This document shows, one piece after another, positions 49,128 to 51,743 of a stretch of 51,743 bases of DNA. Positions within the stretch are counted from its first letter, which is position 1. Every line of letters starts with the position of its first letter. The position numbers were made by a program, and so were the translations under genes. Below the pieces are notes generated by a model. It worked only from the letters and a program-made list of their open reading frames with translations, made no database searches and had not been told where the DNA came from. The DNA is from an uncultured Pelagibacteraceae bacterium (GTDB taxonomy: Bacteria > Pseudomonadota > Alphaproteobacteria > Pelagibacterales > Pelagibacteraceae): positions 1 through 51,743 of the forward strand of contig CABYOP010000001.1 in assembly GCA_902520645.1 (NCBI GenBank). Reading direction: 5' to 3'.

Positions 49128-49940
49128 ATGTCTTTAGTGGATACAGATTGGTTAGAGAAAAATATTAATAAAGTAAAAGTTATAGATTGTTCTTGGCATA
49201 TGCCAGCTGAAAATAGAAATGCTGAAGAAGAATTTAAAAATGAGCATATTCCAAACGCAATTTTTTTTGATTTAGACAAGAATTCTAAAAATGATACAGA
49301 TCTTCCACATATGCTTCCAACCTTGGACGAATGGAATAAAATAGTTTCAAATTTAGGAGTTTCAAAAGACGATCAAATAATTATCTATGATAATTCTAAT
49401 GTAATAAGTTCTTGTAGATGTTGGTATAACTTTATTTATTTTGGGCATAATCCTAAGCTTGTTAGTGTGCTTAATGGTGGATTGAGAAAATGGAAAAAAG
49501 AAAATAAAAAGATATCCAATGAAATAGTTAAATTTTCAAAAACAAGTTATGAAGGCGAAGAATTAATTTCATTAGTAAAAGACAAATATAAAATTGATTT
49601 AAATATTTCAGAAAAAGACTTTGTTGTTGTTGATGCAAGAAGTAAAGAAAGATTTGAGGGAAAAGTGCCCGATCCGAGAAAAAATGTTAGAAGTGGATCT
49701 ATTCCTAATTCTATTTGTTTGCCCTTTGTGGAGGTTATAAACAAAGATTTTTCATTTAAAAATGTAGAGGAGATAAAAAATTTGTTTAAAAATACATTTA
49801 AAAATCCAATGGATAAACCTGTCTTTTCATGCGGGTCTGGTGTTACTGCTTGTGTTTTAGCCCTTGCATATTCTTTGGTAAACGCTAATTATCTGCCTGT
49901 CATATATGATGGTTCTTGGGCTGAGTATGGCAAAATCTAA
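49128..49940 (+). CDS. sseA: 3-mercaptopyruvate sulfurtransferase (double rhodanese)
   Basis: HIPNAIFFD, LPHMLP, DAR, GSIP, active site CGSGVTA, YDGSWAEY. Confidence 0.92.
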   Translation: MSLVDTDWLEKNINKVKVIDCSWHMPAENRNAEEEFKNEHIPNAIFFDLDKNSKNDTDLPHMLPTLDEWNKIVSNLGVSKDDQIIIYDNSNVISSCRCWYNFIYFGHNPKLVSVLNGGLRKWKKENKKISNEIVKFSKTSYEGEELISLVKDKYKIDLNISEKDFVVVDARSKERFEGKVPDPRKNVRSGSIPNSICLPFVEVINKDFSFKNVEEIKNLFKNTFKNPMDKPVFSCGSGVTACVLALAYSLVNANYLPVIYDGSWAEYGKI

Positions 49941-49943
49941 GCT

Positions 49944-50870
49944 ATGAAAAGATCTACAAAAATAACAAGTATAGTAATTATATTTTTTCTCATCATTACA
50001 ACTGTAATTGTTGGAAGGACTATGATCGGAAATCATTTTAAAAAAAAATTTAGTAAAAGGCCTCCACCAGGAATAATTGTTACAGCTGCTAAAGAAAGAG
50101 TATTCGAAAATATTATAAGTACTTATGGAACAGCTGCTCCAGTTCAGACCCAATCTTTTAAAGTTGAAAAATATGAAATTCTTAAACCGATTAATTACAA
50201 TCAAAAAGTGAAGAAAGGTGATGTTATTGCTGATCTTAAAAATAGAAAAATTATAGCTCAATTTGATGGAACAATAGGAAAAAGAGAATTTTCTGAAGAT
50301 TTAGAAGTTTCAAAATCATCAATACTTATTAATGTAGAAGATACTAGCTCAATTTATTGTGATGTGGATATACCAGAAATATTTGTACCATTTATTAAAG
50401 TAGGTTTACCTGTTGATATAAAATTTTCTGGATACAAAGACAAAATATACAAAGGGACTGTAGATTCATTTGCAAGTAGAATAAGCGAAGAGACAAGATC
50501 TTTAGCTACTAGGATTAAAATGGATAATCTTTCTGGAGAAATACTTCCTGGCTCATTTTTAGAAATATCAATTAAATATGATGTTAGAGAAAGTTTAAGT
50601 ATACCAGATACAAGTACAATTGTTGAAGGCGAAAATGTATTTATTTATAAAGTCGATGAGAAAAATACAGCATTGAAAACAAAAATTACCATAGGTGATC
50701 GATACATTGGCTTCGTAGAAGTTTTAAAGGGTCTTAATAGCGGTGATAAAATTGTTGCTGAAGGTACAAAAAAAGTAAGACCCAATCTAATCATTAGGCC
50801 AATAGAAAAAGGTTCCAAACAAAAACAAGAAAATTCTAGTTGGGGCAAAAAAGACAAATCTAATAATTAA
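49944..50870 (+). CDS. RND efflux periplasmic adaptor (membrane fusion protein)
   Basis: N-terminal TM, VKKGD and IxAxFDG lipoyl halves, IPE, TRS, LPG, GLxxGDKIV; immediately precedes an AcrB-like gene. Confidence 0.88.
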   Translation: MKRSTKITSIVIIFFLIITTVIVGRTMIGNHFKKKFSKRPPPGIIVTAAKERVFENIISTYGTAAPVQTQSFKVEKYEILKPINYNQKVKKGDVIADLKNRKIIAQFDGTIGKREFSEDLEVSKSSILINVEDTSSIYCDVDIPEIFVPFIKVGLPVDIKFSGYKDKIYKGTVDSFASRISEETRSLATRIKMDNLSGEILPGSFLEISIKYDVRESLSIPDTSTIVEGENVFIYKVDEKNTALKTKITIGDRYIGFVEVLKGLNSGDKIVAEGTKKVRPNLIIRPIEKGSKQKQENSSWGKKDKSNN

Positions 50871-51743
50871 ATGTATATTACTGAAGTCAGCATAAAAAGA
50901 CCTGTCGTTGCTTGGGTAATGTCTTTAATATTAATTATTTTTGGTATTTTTGTTTTTGCAGAATTACCAGTAAGAGAATTACCAGATGGTATACAGCCAC
51001 CTGTCGTTCAAGTACAAACAGAATACAAATCTGCCTCAGCAGAAATTGTTGATGAAGAAATAACTCAAAAAATTGAGGATGTCATCGGTGGAGCAGAAGG
51101 AATTAAAAATATAGATTCAAGTTCTCTTAGTGGAAGAAGTAGAATAAATATTCAATTTAATACAGACATAGATTTAGATGATGCAGCAAACGATATTCGA
51201 GAGAGAGTATCCAGAGTAGTCGATAATCTACCCAGTGAATCAAGTCCTCCACAAATATTGAAACAAGCCGCTGGATTTACAACTACAATGTGGGTAGGCT
51301 TATCTTCCCCAACCTGGAGTGACCTGGAACTTGGCGATTATGCAGAAAGATATCTTATCGACGCTTTTTCAAGTGTACCTAACGTTGGAAGAATAAGAGT
51401 TGGTGGATTAAGAGAATTAAGTGTTAGAGTTTGGATAGATCCAATTAAATTAGCTTCGAATAACCTTACTATTCAAGAGGTTGAAAGAGCATTTAGGAAT
51501 GAGAATATTAATCTTCCAGCAGGGACCTTGGAAGCAAATAATAAAGATCTAACTCTTAATATAGATAAATCTTATTCAAATATTGATAGCATCAAACAGT
51601 TACCATTAAAAAAAGATAAAGATAAAGTTATTATTTTATCAGATGTTGCAAATGTTGAATTAGGTCCAGTATCAGAAAAAACTTTATTTAAAGCTCAAAG
51701 AAAAAACGCAATAAATTTAAAAACTGTAGGTATTGGAATTTAT
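50871..51743 (+). CDS. RND efflux permease (AcrB/AcrD/AcrF family); 3' end runs off the window
   Basis: Not in the ORF track. Translation from the ATG at 50871: MYITEVSIKRPVVAWVMSLILIIFGIFVFAELPVRELP...AANDIRERV...VRVWIDP. Confidence 0.93.
   Translation, partial: MYITEVSIKRPVVAWVMSLILIIFGIFVFAELPVRELPDGIQPPVVQVQTEYKSASAEIVDEEITQKIEDVIGGAEGIKNIDSSSLSGRSRINIQFNTDIDLDDAANDIRERVSRVVDNLPSESSPPQILKQAAGFTTTMWVGLSSPTWSDLELGDYAERYLIDAFSSVPNVGRIRVGGLRELSVRVWIDPIKLASNNLTIQEVERAFRNENINLPAGTLEANNKDLTLNIDKSYSNIDSIKQLPLKKDKDKVIILSDVANVELGPVSEKTLFKAQRKNAINLKTVGIGIY

Overview
AT-rich, very gene-dense window with intergenic gaps mostly under 50 bp and many overlapping start/stop codons. Gene content, gene order and compaction point to a streamlined marine alphaproteobacterium, most likely Candidatus Pelagibacter (SAR11); this is an inference, not a database result. 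It is mainly core genome: the aa3 cytochrome c oxidase operon (coxB-coxA-ctaB-coxF-like-ctaG-coxC-SURF1-thrC-Prx5), rsmE, a haloacid dehalogenase/pirin/quinone oxidoreductase trio, a ubiA-msbA-waaA-lpxK-lpxL lipid A operon, purD-rsmD, HAD-ribF-ileS-lspA-DUF3035-pgi, groES-groEL, an OafA-type O-acetyltransferase, typA, tldD-pmbA, cfa, oligopeptidase B, hsp20, a purine permease plus phosphoribosyltransferase, alkA, msrA, sseA and the start of an RND efflux pump. I saw no rRNA, tRNA, CRISPR array, transposase or prophage gene, and no unambiguous new multi-gene system. The best leads are: (1) a dapA-like/cfa/lysine-rich coiled-coil/UspB-like co-oriented cluster with a 9-bp coding tandem repeat; (2) an RND adaptor lacking its alpha-helical hairpin; (3) two small ORFs missed by the ORF track; (4) a shared RpoH-type promoter at groES and hsp20, plus a ROSE-like thermometer at hsp20; (5) a Pam18/TimB-like J protein. 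All family calls come from motif recognition by eye.
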